A DNA stretch of 64,000 nt from the IMG/VR virus record IMGVR_UViG_3300033066_001625, positions 25,906 to 89,905 of that record; one strand, given 5' to 3'. The stretch comes from a virus (Duplodnaviria; Caudoviricetes). A program made the position numbers and the translations under genes. Positions 49,846 to 59,143 of this stretch are shown here, piece by piece (positions within the stretch are counted from its first letter, which is position 1; each line of letters starts with the position of its first letter). The notes beneath the pieces are model-generated. The model was not told where the DNA came from. It was given only the letters and a program-made list of their open reading frames with translations, and ran no database searches.

Positions 49846-51506
49846 GCAATAAATACGCACTAAATTATTCTTTGGACTTTAGATCTGGAAACAATTCATT
49901 TTCAGCATTATGGAAATTGACCAGATGCATGAAAGCTGCTGGTTGGACCTATAAAGCTAGTGGTGATGGCACCACTAAAGATACTACAGGTACAGCTACA
50001 AATGATAGGTGGGGTAGTAATGTAGATCCTATGACTGATGTATATCCAGCTACCAATATCGCACAAGCATCTGGTGGTCAATCCGCTGCTGGCGCAACAA
50101 TTAACGTATTAAGCACAGATGGATTTCCATCTTCTGGCAGATTTAATATAGGAACATTAAATACTAATGTTACTTATACGGGTAAAACAGCAACCTCTTT
50201 TACTGGCTGTTCAGGTGGTTCTGGAACAATGGTAATGGGATATACTGTCACCTTATTAGATACATACGCCGCCTGGTGGTGTGCAGAGGGTCCAAGCACT
50301 GTAAAAATAGGAATAACTGCCGCATCTTCTGGAACTTTTTTAAGTAATGAAGGGGTATCTCAAGCAGGTTCAGGAGCAACTGGCGAAATTTTGGGCTATG
50401 TTATTAATTCCGCTGCAAATAGTGGCTGGCTTGTAATCATGCCTAGAACCGGCACATTTAATAATTCCGGAGTAATAACTGGGGCAACTTCTGGCGCCAC
50501 TGTGACTGCTACTTCGTATAACTTAATCAGGCGACAAGTAGTGTTTGCAAAAGATACCAACGTTACCAACGGATGGATATTTTATGAGGCTTTATCGGAT
50601 ACAGAAATCGCTGCCTCTTCAAATACTGCTCTCTTTTCCGATCTGGCTGCAAATGCAGCAAATTGTACGGCTACAGTAGCTCCAGGAAATTCTGCAGCAT
50701 CTAATAATTTATTTCCAGTTTATGGTATTTCATGTTTAGGAACATCTGGAGGTGGAGCTTCTACTTTATTATTTCAAAAAGGAAGTAGTTTTGGAATGGC
50801 TCAAATAGTAGCTGTAAATGCAACTCCGTCTGCTGGAGTTTCAGCAGATGGAACATTTTGGGCAGCTATTTTTAGTACGGATGGTTCTGTTGGTACTCCT
50901 AGTAATTACTGTTTAATATCTTTTCAAAGATTAGATAATACTGAACCGGGTGATGCTGATCCTTTTATTTTTCAGGCTGGAACTACAGAATTAGTTACAT
51001 CTAGTACTGGAAGAACGCAAGGCACTGCACCTAATGCTTCTCCTTCATGGGGTAATCAACAATGGAGTTCTGGTACTCCAGCAAAAGGATATTGTGCTAG
51101 AACAACTGGTACTATGGGTTCTGGTTTAGATGTATATTCTGGATTTTCTTTTGGATTAGTTCAAGGACCAGGAACACCACCAGCTATAATTTCTAATGCC
51201 CAGGAAGGCGGCAGCGGTTGGAATACTGATTATCCAAGAATAAGAAATCATCCAGATGCATTGACCCAAGGATTAAGACCAATAGAAATGTTTTCTGTTA
51301 TTGGCTCCTCTTCCAGTATTCAAATTCGTAAAGGAGTATGTCGTTGGTTAGGCGCGGCGCCTCCAGGATTTGTCAATCAAAATTTAGATAATAAAAGATG
51401 GTTAATTGTTTTGCAACCATCTATTAATACTGTTGCAGGAAATAATCCTGGTCCCGCTGCAATTATCGGACCACTAGACACTACAACCACACCGGTACCA
51501 ATATGA
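49842..51506 (+). CDS. putative virion appendage protein, paralogue 3 of 3
   Basis: ATG 49842 in ATGA overlap; same conserved blocks. Confidence 0.7.
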   Translation: MSNKYALNYSLDFRSGNNSFSALWKLTRCMKAAGWTYKASGDGTTKDTTGTATNDRWGSNVDPMTDVYPATNIAQASGGQSAAGATINVLSTDGFPSSGRFNIGTLNTNVTYTGKTATSFTGCSGGSGTMVMGYTVTLLDTYAAWWCAEGPSTVKIGITAASSGTFLSNEGVSQAGSGATGEILGYVINSAANSGWLVIMPRTGTFNNSGVITGATSGATVTATSYNLIRRQVVFAKDTNVTNGWIFYEALSDTEIAASSNTALFSDLAANAANCTATVAPGNSAASNNLFPVYGISCLGTSGGGASTLLFQKGSSFGMAQIVAVNATPSAGVSADGTFWAAIFSTDGSVGTPSNYCLISFQRLDNTEPGDADPFIFQAGTTELVTSSTGRTQGTAPNASPSWGNQQWSSGTPAKGYCARTTGTMGSGLDVYSGFSFGLVQGPGTPPAIISNAQEGGSGWNTDYPRIRNHPDALTQGLRPIEMFSVIGSSSSIQIRKGVCRWLGAAPPGFVNQNLDNKRWLIVLQPSINTVAGNNPGPAAIIGPLDTTTTPVPI

Positions 51507-51841
51507 CTGATCAAGGAACAACTACAAAAATAAATATTCGTAATGTATATTCGTCCCCACAAGTAGATGCATCTGGTCCTACTCCAGGTTTACCTACAAC
51601 TAATCATGGACAATATGGTAGACCAATAGTTACGGAAGGTGCTATTAATTTACCAACAGAGCAGCAAACATATCATACATTGACAGTTTTAACACCTGTT
51701 AAATATAAAATGTGCGGACAGGATGCGTCAGTTAATGGCTTATTTGATACATGGGTAGTTAGTAATGCTCCTGATTTCACTGGAAGTCAATATACTGGTT
51801 CATTAGCCACACCATTAAGAGATATTTTTGTTTGTGGATAA
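51503..51841 (+). CDS. small structural/adaptor-like protein
   Basis: 112 aa; ATGA overlap; motif shared with next gene. Confidence 0.55.
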   Translation: MTDQGTTTKINIRNVYSSPQVDASGPTPGLPTTNHGQYGRPIVTEGAINLPTEQQTYHTLTVLTPVKYKMCGQDASVNGLFDTWVVSNAPDFTGSQYTGSLATPLRDIFVCG

Positions 51842-51868
51842 TACTTTAAACAATAGGATAAATACGTT

Positions 51869-52336
51869 ATGTCATTAAGATATTACATGAGAGCATATAA
51901 ACATACTGTTCCAAAACAATATGTATTTTGGACTGTTATAGGGGGTCCCGATACTACTGGTGCATCTTCTGGATATTCTCCTTCATCTTTATCAAGTATC
52001 TCTGTGAATAACATATTTGATGATGGATATGGCTCTGGAACGTTATTCAATAATATAAGTATAAGTAATGTAGACTCTCCTTATTTTCCATCAATAACTT
52101 CTGGTATTAATATATTGAATGTTGATAGTAGTGGAGGCGCGATCATTATAACTTTACCCGCATCTCCAATCATTGGTTCATCCATAATAATTAAAGATAT
52201 TATGGGCACCAGTGAAACCAATAGCATTACTATACAGGGTAATGGAAAAACCATAGATGGAAATTCAGATGTAATCTTAGCACTTAATGAATCTTCAATA
52301 TGGATACAATTTAATAGTGAGTGGATAATAATATGA
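51869..52336 (+). CDS. small tail-fibre-associated protein
   Basis: C-terminal VDSSGGAIIITLPASP..G..IIIKD..G....N.ITI.GNG..IDG module typical of phage fibre proteins. Confidence 0.65.
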   Translation: MSLRYYMRAYKHTVPKQYVFWTVIGGPDTTGASSGYSPSSLSSISVNNIFDDGYGSGTLFNNISISNVDSPYFPSITSGINILNVDSSGGAIIITLPASPIIGSSIIIKDIMGTSETNSITIQGNGKTIDGNSDVILALNESSIWIQFNSEWIII

Positions 52337-53232
52337 GTTACGTAATATCTCCAAATGTTAGAACAATCGGTGGAAGAATTGAATGTCAATGGACAGATGT
52401 CAATGTTGACGGATATGTTATTCTTGACGGATATCGTGCTGACTATGCAAGTGTTGTGGGCGGAGAGAAAGTTGATATTCGAGTAAATTCTCCAACAGAT
52501 CCAATTACTACTATCACATTAAGTCCAGGAGATAACACAGTAAATGCAATAGTAAATAGAATAAATAGTTTTATTCCTGATTTAGCAACTATCCCCGCTC
52601 TAGCTGATACGCCAGCTATTAGGTTACGTCATCATACGTATTTAGAAGTAGTTAATATTTATAGTAGAACAGTTGACTTTGCTAGAATTGGATTGCCGCT
52701 TGCAACTAGGGATGGCAGAGACGGATACTCTATCAATTCTTATAAACTTATAGATGGTACTGCAACAAATTTATCTGGTGGAGGGACTGGTATAGATCGT
52801 TTTGATGATTTATCTATTCCTATAGATATAGATCCGGGATCTAATACAGTTACTATGTGGGCAACTATTACTAATATAGATATTAATTGTTTGTGCGGAA
52901 TTCAACTGTCTGCCTGGTGGAGTAATGGATTTGAGGGTGAACCCGATGCCTCCATGATAGCAGTTATTCAATTACCCGGTAGCGCAGTTATTACTACCCC
53001 GCCAGTAATTAACCCCTTCATCACGACTGTGGGAAGCATAAAGCAAATATTCTTACTTGATGTTCTTCAGGTAGATAAAGTGTTTTTTAATCCAATTACT
53101 ATACCAGTTCCTAGGGGTGCCACAAAATTAAGAGTTGGGGTTGCTCTTGGACAAGTCAACAATGACAGTACATTTAATTCATTTATAGAATTACCGAAAG
53201 TAACTGTTGCAATGTATCAAGGCGCTTCTTAA
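52333..53232 (+). CDS. putative structural protein (beta-rich)
   Basis: ATG 52333 in ATGA overlap; three DGY tripeptides. Confidence 0.55.
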   Translation: MSYVISPNVRTIGGRIECQWTDVNVDGYVILDGYRADYASVVGGEKVDIRVNSPTDPITTITLSPGDNTVNAIVNRINSFIPDLATIPALADTPAIRLRHHTYLEVVNIYSRTVDFARIGLPLATRDGRDGYSINSYKLIDGTATNLSGGGTGIDRFDDLSIPIDIDPGSNTVTMWATITNIDINCLCGIQLSAWWSNGFEGEPDASMIAVIQLPGSAVITTPPVINPFITTVGSIKQIFLLDVLQVDKVFFNPITIPVPRGATKLRVGVALGQVNNDSTFNSFIELPKVTVAMYQGAS

Positions 53233-53241
53233 AAGGTAAAA

Positions 53242-54810
53242 ATGACAACTTATCCCGCACAAATAGATACATCTGTAACTTTACCTACTGCTATTGATGG
53301 ACAGACCCCTGTTCATGGAATCATTTTCAATAGGTTAAGAGATGCTGTAATGGCTATAGAAGCAGAACTTGGAACGAAACCAAGTTCTGTATATACTAAT
53401 GTTAAAACAAGATTAGAAACAATAGAGGCAAACCTTACCACCATTGCTGCTATCAATTTAAGTGGAGATGTGATTGGTTCTTTTAATGCTACAGAAGTTG
53501 CATCTTTGCATGGTAGACCACTATCATCTGTAACCCCAACATTTAATCAAGTTTTGGGGTGGGATGGTATTGCTTGGTCTCCTGTAACCCCAACATATTC
53601 TAATGTTGTAGGTGGAGATTTAACTGGAATAATGCCCAATCCATTTGTGAAAGGATTGTTTGGATATCCAATAGAAAATACTCCACCTAATTTATTAGAT
53701 GCATTGATATGGAATGGAAGCGCTTGGGTACCGGCGCCACCCTTCACTGTTGGTAATGGTTTATACGCTTCTGGAAATACTATTAATGTTGGTATGAATG
53801 CCGATCAAACTATTATAGTAAATTCTGCAGATATACAGCTTAATCCAAGTTTTTATTCTATTAATCCAATTAATGGAACTTTAGTACAGAGAGATACTAA
53901 TTTTGGTTACATTAATGTTAATGATGCTGCTGGTAGTGCTAGATACGGCGCTGGAATTCTTTTAACTGCTGCGAGCGTATTTACATTGCAACAAACACAA
54001 ATGTTTTCTGATTCTCCCGTACATGACATGAGAATTTTTCCACAAGCTCCATACAATTTAGCTACTGGCTCTAATAGATTGCCCGGCAATTTAATTATTG
54101 ATATTCCATCTGCTGCCGGCGCTCTTTCCTCTACAACTAGTGGAAAAATTAGTATACAATTTGGCAGTATAGAGCGTATAAAATTTGAATCTGATTTGAC
54201 TGCCCCCGCCGGAAAAATCAATTTTCCCGGAAATGGTCAAATGTTTGCCAATACTAATTTGAATTTGAATTCTGGAGCCCACACTATAATTACTGCTTCT
54301 GGAAATATTAATCTTGGTTCCGATCAAACTATTAATATAACCGGAGGCGTGAATATTACTGATCCTAGTGGAATTGGTATTGTTATTAATTCTAACGGCG
54401 GTGGAGATTTGAATTTAATTTCAAATAGTGGAATGACTATTAATACTCCATCAATTGGATTATCAAATCATACTGTAGGAAATGATATTACTATTGGGGT
54501 GTCTGATAATGGTACTTCCAATGGTGAAAGCTTAATTATTGTTGGGGGAACCGCTTCTGTTGGTAGCGGCGTTGGAGGAAATCTTAATTTGAAAGCTGGT
54601 TTTGGTGCTAATTTTAGCGGTAATATAGGTATTAATATGGATGCCCCTGATGGTGATACAACTACTGGAACATTTTGTATTTATATTTCTCAAACTGCCG
54701 TTGTACCATCAAGTAATCCAGTGGGCGGAATTGTTTTATATGTAGATACTTCTGGTAATTTAAAAGCGAGGACATCAGCAGGTAATATTAGAACAATAGC
54801 TGCCGTTTAA
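53242..54810 (+). CDS. tail-fibre-like protein
   Basis: Two LSGD/GGDL...L.G.P.....P....L.W.G.AW.P repeats, Gly/Asn/Ile-rich shaft, C-terminal G..LY....G.LKAR...G tip. Confidence 0.65.
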   Translation: MTTYPAQIDTSVTLPTAIDGQTPVHGIIFNRLRDAVMAIEAELGTKPSSVYTNVKTRLETIEANLTTIAAINLSGDVIGSFNATEVASLHGRPLSSVTPTFNQVLGWDGIAWSPVTPTYSNVVGGDLTGIMPNPFVKGLFGYPIENTPPNLLDALIWNGSAWVPAPPFTVGNGLYASGNTINVGMNADQTIIVNSADIQLNPSFYSINPINGTLVQRDTNFGYINVNDAAGSARYGAGILLTAASVFTLQQTQMFSDSPVHDMRIFPQAPYNLATGSNRLPGNLIIDIPSAAGALSSTTSGKISIQFGSIERIKFESDLTAPAGKINFPGNGQMFANTNLNLNSGAHTIITASGNINLGSDQTINITGGVNITDPSGIGIVINSNGGGDLNLISNSGMTINTPSIGLSNHTVGNDITIGVSDNGTSNGESLIIVGGTASVGSGVGGNLNLKAGFGANFSGNIGINMDAPDGDTTTGTFCIYISQTAVVPSSNPVGGIVLYVDTSGNLKARTSAGNIRTIAAV

Positions 54811-54838
54811 ACATTCTGAATTTGAACAAGGAATTACG

Positions 54839-55315
54839 ATGAGATCATTATATAGTTTGGCTAATTATTTTGAACAAAAAATTAAAAAGGAAGCTCAGGC
54901 AAATAAGGAGGTAGATAGTACAAATGTAACTTTAGCTGTTAGACCTACAGTTAATACAATTACTGCGCAAAATCCTGGCTTGGCTACTGCCTTGCAAGCT
55001 GCGGCTAACAAAATAGCTGCTGCTAATATCAAGGGAGGTTTAGCAATTAATAGTTTTATCACCAACGCAAGCTTAGTTGGTGGAAAATGGAAGATCAATC
55101 CTCAAACTAGTGGATTGAAGATTACAGGATCACTAGCCAATGATAAAGCAGCCAATAGTATAGTCAGAAGCGCATTGGCTACACTGAACGCTAAGATAAT
55201 TGCCGCTCTTGAGAAAGAGTTTAATAGATTATCCCAAATGGATAAAGAGGGTTGGGCGGGCATAACCATTACCAATCATGAAACCGAAGTAAGTGGAAGT
55301 AATTTTGAGATTTGA
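54839..55315 (+). CDS. hypothetical helical protein
   Basis: 158 aa, AAGGA SD. Confidence 0.6.
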   Translation: MRSLYSLANYFEQKIKKEAQANKEVDSTNVTLAVRPTVNTITAQNPGLATALQAAANKIAAANIKGGLAINSFITNASLVGGKWKINPQTSGLKITGSLANDKAANSIVRSALATLNAKIIAALEKEFNRLSQMDKEGWAGITITNHETEVSGSNFEI

Positions 55316-55378
55316 ATAATTTCATTAGTCTTGCGATATAATATGGGTGTAATCGTACCCATTTATCGTAGGAACTGC

Positions 55379-56587
55379 ATGACAAATTTTGATATCGGCA
55401 TCATAGGCGCTGGAGTGGCTGGCGCCTTTGCTACCTTAAAAATAGCAAAAGATTATAAGGATTCAAAAGCTATAGTTTTTGATTTGGGTCGTCCACCCAT
55501 GAAACGTCGTAGACAGTTAGAAGGTTGGTTAGGATGTTTCCCAAATAGTGATGGTAAATTATATCTTAACAATATCAGTAAGGTCGCCGATCTTACAGGA
55601 TTAAGAAAAGCCAAGTCTGCCAATACTTGGTTTTCTAATGTTCTATCTAATGTGGGAAATTTCAAAGTAACAAAAGATAAATCGCCCTTGGTATCTTTAG
55701 ATAAGAAGCTAAAAAAAGCAGGATATGATGTATCATTGAATGATTACATTCAAATCTATCCCAAAGATATTCATGCTCTTTCTAAATATATGGCGGAAAC
55801 AATTGAAAATTGTGGAAATGTAACTTTTAGTTTTGATAATGAAGTAAAAAGCATATCCAAACAGAAGAATATGTTTATTATCACAACAGAGCAAGAAGAG
55901 TATAAATGCAAGAAGATTATTCTAGCTGTTGGCAGAAGTGGTTGGAGATGGTCTAAAGACTTATATAATTTCTTAGGAATCATCGAAAATAATGATATTG
56001 CCAGATATGGTATTAGAGTAGAAATTAATGCCTCTTACATGAAAGATTTCAACAAATCTAATTGCACACTTTTGAAAGAAGATTTGGAAATTGGTCCTTT
56101 AAATTGGTTCGGAACTGTGATTCCAGAAGATCATGTTGATTTGGCTATTTCAGCTTTTAGATCAAATGAAAATAGATGGAAAACTGATAAGGTTTCTTTC
56201 TCTATGATTGGAAAGAGACCATTTCCGAAAAATGGATTTGAACAAACAGATAGAATAGGTAAATTAACTTTCGTTTTATCTAATGATAGAATTATTAAAG
56301 AGAGGGTATCTACTATTTTAAGTGGCAAAAGTAAGATTTCTATTATTCCAGAGTATGATTGGTTGAAAGATTCGGTTGCTGAATTATGTGCGGTCCTTCC
56401 AGAAATAAATAATAAGGGTTATTTTCACGTTCCAACTATTCTTCCTATGGCACCTAAGATAAATGTTGGATCCAATTTAGAGACAGAAATAGATGGAATG
56501 TTTGTGGCTGGTGAAAGTGCTGGAGTACACGGTATATTATCAGCGGCAACTATGGGTATTATCGCTGCCGACAATGCTTGTAAATAA
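55379..56587 (+). CDS. FAD-dependent oxidoreductase (uncharacterised COG2509-like)
   Basis: IGIIGAGVAG Rossmann motif, NSDGKL, ILAVGRSG, ET.IDGMFVAGESAG. Confidence 0.78.
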   Translation: MTNFDIGIIGAGVAGAFATLKIAKDYKDSKAIVFDLGRPPMKRRRQLEGWLGCFPNSDGKLYLNNISKVADLTGLRKAKSANTWFSNVLSNVGNFKVTKDKSPLVSLDKKLKKAGYDVSLNDYIQIYPKDIHALSKYMAETIENCGNVTFSFDNEVKSISKQKNMFIITTEQEEYKCKKIILAVGRSGWRWSKDLYNFLGIIENNDIARYGIRVEINASYMKDFNKSNCTLLKEDLEIGPLNWFGTVIPEDHVDLAISAFRSNENRWKTDKVSFSMIGKRPFPKNGFEQTDRIGKLTFVLSNDRIIKERVSTILSGKSKISIIPEYDWLKDSVAELCAVLPEINNKGYFHVPTILPMAPKINVGSNLETEIDGMFVAGESAGVHGILSAATMGIIAADNACK

Positions 56588-56596
56588 GAGATATCA

Positions 56597-56974
56597 ATGA
56601 AAAATAATCAAGTTAATAATTCCTCTTCATCAAATCAATCCGAACCTTCGGTTCCCACTATAGGTGATGAATTCAAAGATCAGAATTTGAAATACAATTT
56701 AAGCAAATTTGAGTATGATCTTTATCATGAAGAAGATGATGTAGTAGAAAAGGTTATTAGAGTCAAAAGGATTTCTATGCCTAATAAAGGTGAAAAGTGG
56801 AAAATTTTTGAAGATACTAAACTTATCTTCACTGTTGAAGGCGCCAAGCTAACTAACAAAGAAAAAGAATTCTTGAGAACGGTAGAAGGTGTAAACTTTT
56901 TGATATCTCAATATAAGCAAGGACTAAAGTCCATCAATTTTCTCAAAACCGAGATTAAGAAAAGAATAAAATAA
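56597..56974 (+). CDS. hypothetical protein
   Basis: 125-aa ORF. Confidence 0.6.
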   Translation: MKNNQVNNSSSSNQSEPSVPTIGDEFKDQNLKYNLSKFEYDLYHEEDDVVEKVIRVKRISMPNKGEKWKIFEDTKLIFTVEGAKLTNKEKEFLRTVEGVNFLISQYKQGLKSINFLKTEIKKRIK

Positions 56975-56980
56975 GGCGTC

Positions 56981-57008
56981 TTGACAGGTAAATTCACGTG
57001 ATTATACT
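56981..57008 (+). promoter_or_regulatory. sigma70-like promoter TTGACA-N16-TATACT
   Basis: Intergenic, 36 nt before ATG 57045. Confidence 0.7.
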
Positions 57009-57044
57009 CTACACCAAGGCTACAAGCACGACAGGTGTAATTTA

Positions 57045-57635
57045 ATGGAATATGTGATTTACTTAGCAGATACCGAGACTACAGGGTTAGATTCCCGAGA
57101 CAATGATATCATCGAATTGTCATTATACAGATTGAATGATGATGTACAGAAAACTTGGTTTGTTAGACCAATCAATATAGAAGCTATTGATTTGGACGCT
57201 CTTAGAGTCAACGGTCACAAAATGGAAGATTTGAGACTCGAAACGAAATATGGTCGAGAAACATATCAAGATCCAATGAAAGTAATTGTTGAAGTAGAAA
57301 ATTGGATTGCCGAGGATGGAGTGCCTACAAATAATAGAATTCTATGTGGTCACAACGTACATTTCGATAAGAATATGTTAGAGCAACTTTGGATCAAATG
57401 TCAATCTCATGATTCTTATCCTCTAAGTAGAAAAAGAACTTTAGACACTATGCAAATTGAGTTCTTCTTGGATTGGTGCAAAGGTTCTATGGCGGATGGT
57501 TACAGCCTTTCCAACCTTACTAAAAAGTATGGTGTAAAGAATGAGAAGGCACATTCCGCCGCTGCTGATACTAAAGCCACCAAAGAAGTACTTCAAAAGC
57601 AAGTGGAGATCTTCAAAAAGATATTGAATGCTTAA
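57045..57635 (+). CDS. DEDDh 3'-5' exonuclease (DnaQ/epsilon-like)
   Basis: DTETTG, HNVHFD, HSAAAD. Confidence 0.9.
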   Translation: MEYVIYLADTETTGLDSRDNDIIELSLYRLNDDVQKTWFVRPINIEAIDLDALRVNGHKMEDLRLETKYGRETYQDPMKVIVEVENWIAEDGVPTNNRILCGHNVHFDKNMLEQLWIKCQSHDSYPLSRKRTLDTMQIEFFLDWCKGSMADGYSLSNLTKKYGVKNEKAHSAAADTKATKEVLQKQVEIFKKILNA

Positions 57636-58623
57636 AATTCTATATGCTGCCGGCAATAATGAAAATGCCAAAATACAGCTTTCAAGATTTATTCAATCAA
57701 TCGAAGGCAAACCGTATTTTATCAAAGTAGCAGCATATAAAAAATCCAGTCCAACTATTAACATAGATTGGACCCTCGATTCTCTCCTTAATATGTTCAA
57801 CCCCGAACATATCTCTATTGATAACAACGACAATTTAATAACCTACTTTGAACAAGTGAAGTATTTCAATCCTGATTTGATTATCAGTGATTTGGAGTAC
57901 TTCACTTCTTACATTGCTAACATTCTCAATATTGAATTGTGGCAATGCAGTTCATTATTATTGAATGTGGCGTTGACCCAAGAAGAAAAGTACAACTTGG
58001 GCTTATTCAAGAATTATTCCTACCTAACTAACAAAAATCCCCAAACATCTCAAAGAATAATCCACATGGTGGATAACTCCGCCAAGAACTTTGTTTATTC
58101 ACATTTTGGTGACACTTTAGATGTGCCCAAGATAAAAGACAATTTTGAATGGATAAGACCCTATCATCAATTAGGTAAATTGTCCATTCCATGTCAGCAC
58201 AATATAGTGGCGGGGATGTTATCCAACAATAAAAAAATCTTTTCACTTCTCAGCAAATATCCAGACTGTGTTACTTTTAGCGAATTTGACCAAGAATCTT
58301 ACGCGAAAGTATCTTTGAAGTCTTACTCCAATCAAGAAGAATACTTTTGCAACTTAACAAATTGTAATTTATTTGTCTGTGAAGGTCAAGCCAGTTTCTT
58401 GGCGGATGCTTTCTACAATCACAAATATTCTGTTATAATGCCAAATTTGAAAGATATTGAGTGTATTACCAATTCTCTTTTTTCGAGTAAAAGGGGTTTA
58501 AGCTTCTCGATATATGAGGAGACACAAGTAGATTTGAATGACCATCTTGGATTAAGTGTGCCCGGGAATAAGAATGATAAAATCAAATTCTTGCATGAGC
58601 ATCTAGAAGAAACTCACTCCTGA
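57628..58623 (+). CDS. divergent GT-B glycosyltransferase-like protein (MJ1255/GT28-like)
   Basis: PDLIISDLEY and GQASFLADAFY..K....P resemble PDLVISDFE / GFTLISEALY.GKP. Confidence 0.55.
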   Translation: MLKILYAAGNNENAKIQLSRFIQSIEGKPYFIKVAAYKKSSPTINIDWTLDSLLNMFNPEHISIDNNDNLITYFEQVKYFNPDLIISDLEYFTSYIANILNIELWQCSSLLLNVALTQEEKYNLGLFKNYSYLTNKNPQTSQRIIHMVDNSAKNFVYSHFGDTLDVPKIKDNFEWIRPYHQLGKLSIPCQHNIVAGMLSNNKKIFSLLSKYPDCVTFSEFDQESYAKVSLKSYSNQEEYFCNLTNCNLFVCEGQASFLADAFYNHKYSVIMPNLKDIECITNSLFSSKRGLSFSIYEETQVDLNDHLGLSVPGNKNDKIKFLHEHLEETHS

Positions 58624-58663
58624 GGATATATCTATTTTGGTAGGAGTTAATAAAAGGAATAAT

Positions 58664-59128
58664 ATGAACAAATTTCAACCACAAGGCAAGATGAAAATTA
58701 TCAAAGGCACTATTCTAGCTCCTGAGAATGCCGGACTAAGATTTGTATTGTCAGTCAATAACGTACTTGGTAAAGTAGATGGCAACTGGTATAAGGTTTT
58801 TGATAAGAGATGGAGAAGAGTTAAGGAAGACGCCAAGGGTTGGTTCAACACTAGAACCGGAGCCTATAAATTGGGTGCTGTTAACACTACCGCCGTACAA
58901 AGCGACACCTGGGTTATTCATATGTTATGTCAAGACGACAAGCTAGCCACGGATACCAAAGGACTGGAAGAATGTCTTAAAAAGGTTTGCTCAATGGCAA
59001 AATATGAAAAGGCAACAGTCCATGTTCCTAGTTCCATCACAGAGGCGGTACCAGAGCTAACTGAAATGCTTTCGAAGCACCTTGTAGATAATGGAGTTAG
59101 TGTTTACTTCTACGAAGAGCCGGCATAA
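58664..59128 (+). CDS. divergent macro-domain protein (Poa1p/DarG-like fold)
   Basis: IIKG.I, VNN.LG, KRW..V, YKLG.V, WVIHMLCQ, GLEECLKKV...A....ATVHVP; AAAGGA SD before ATG 58664. Confidence 0.6.
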   Translation: MNKFQPQGKMKIIKGTILAPENAGLRFVLSVNNVLGKVDGNWYKVFDKRWRRVKEDAKGWFNTRTGAYKLGAVNTTAVQSDTWVIHMLCQDDKLATDTKGLEECLKKVCSMAKYEKATVHVPSSITEAVPELTEMLSKHLVDNGVSVYFYEEPA

Positions 59129-59143
59129 TTAAGTATTCTAGTC

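Noticed and set aside
46561-51506. Diversity-generating retroelement acting on the three paralogues
   Set aside because: No reverse transcriptase in the window and no template/variable repeat pair differing only at adenines; identical tracts are short and coding
57010-57039. TACACC/GGTGTA stem covering the exonuclease SD
   Set aside because: 6-bp stem with 18-nt loop is too weak to distinguish from chance
21324-58664. Longer upstream TTG/GTG starts in the track (21324, 27701, 38280, 39595, 41661, 46483, 49752, 55331, 58637)
   Set aside because: They overlap upstream genes or promoter elements; downstream ATGs with SD or stop-start overlap are more plausible
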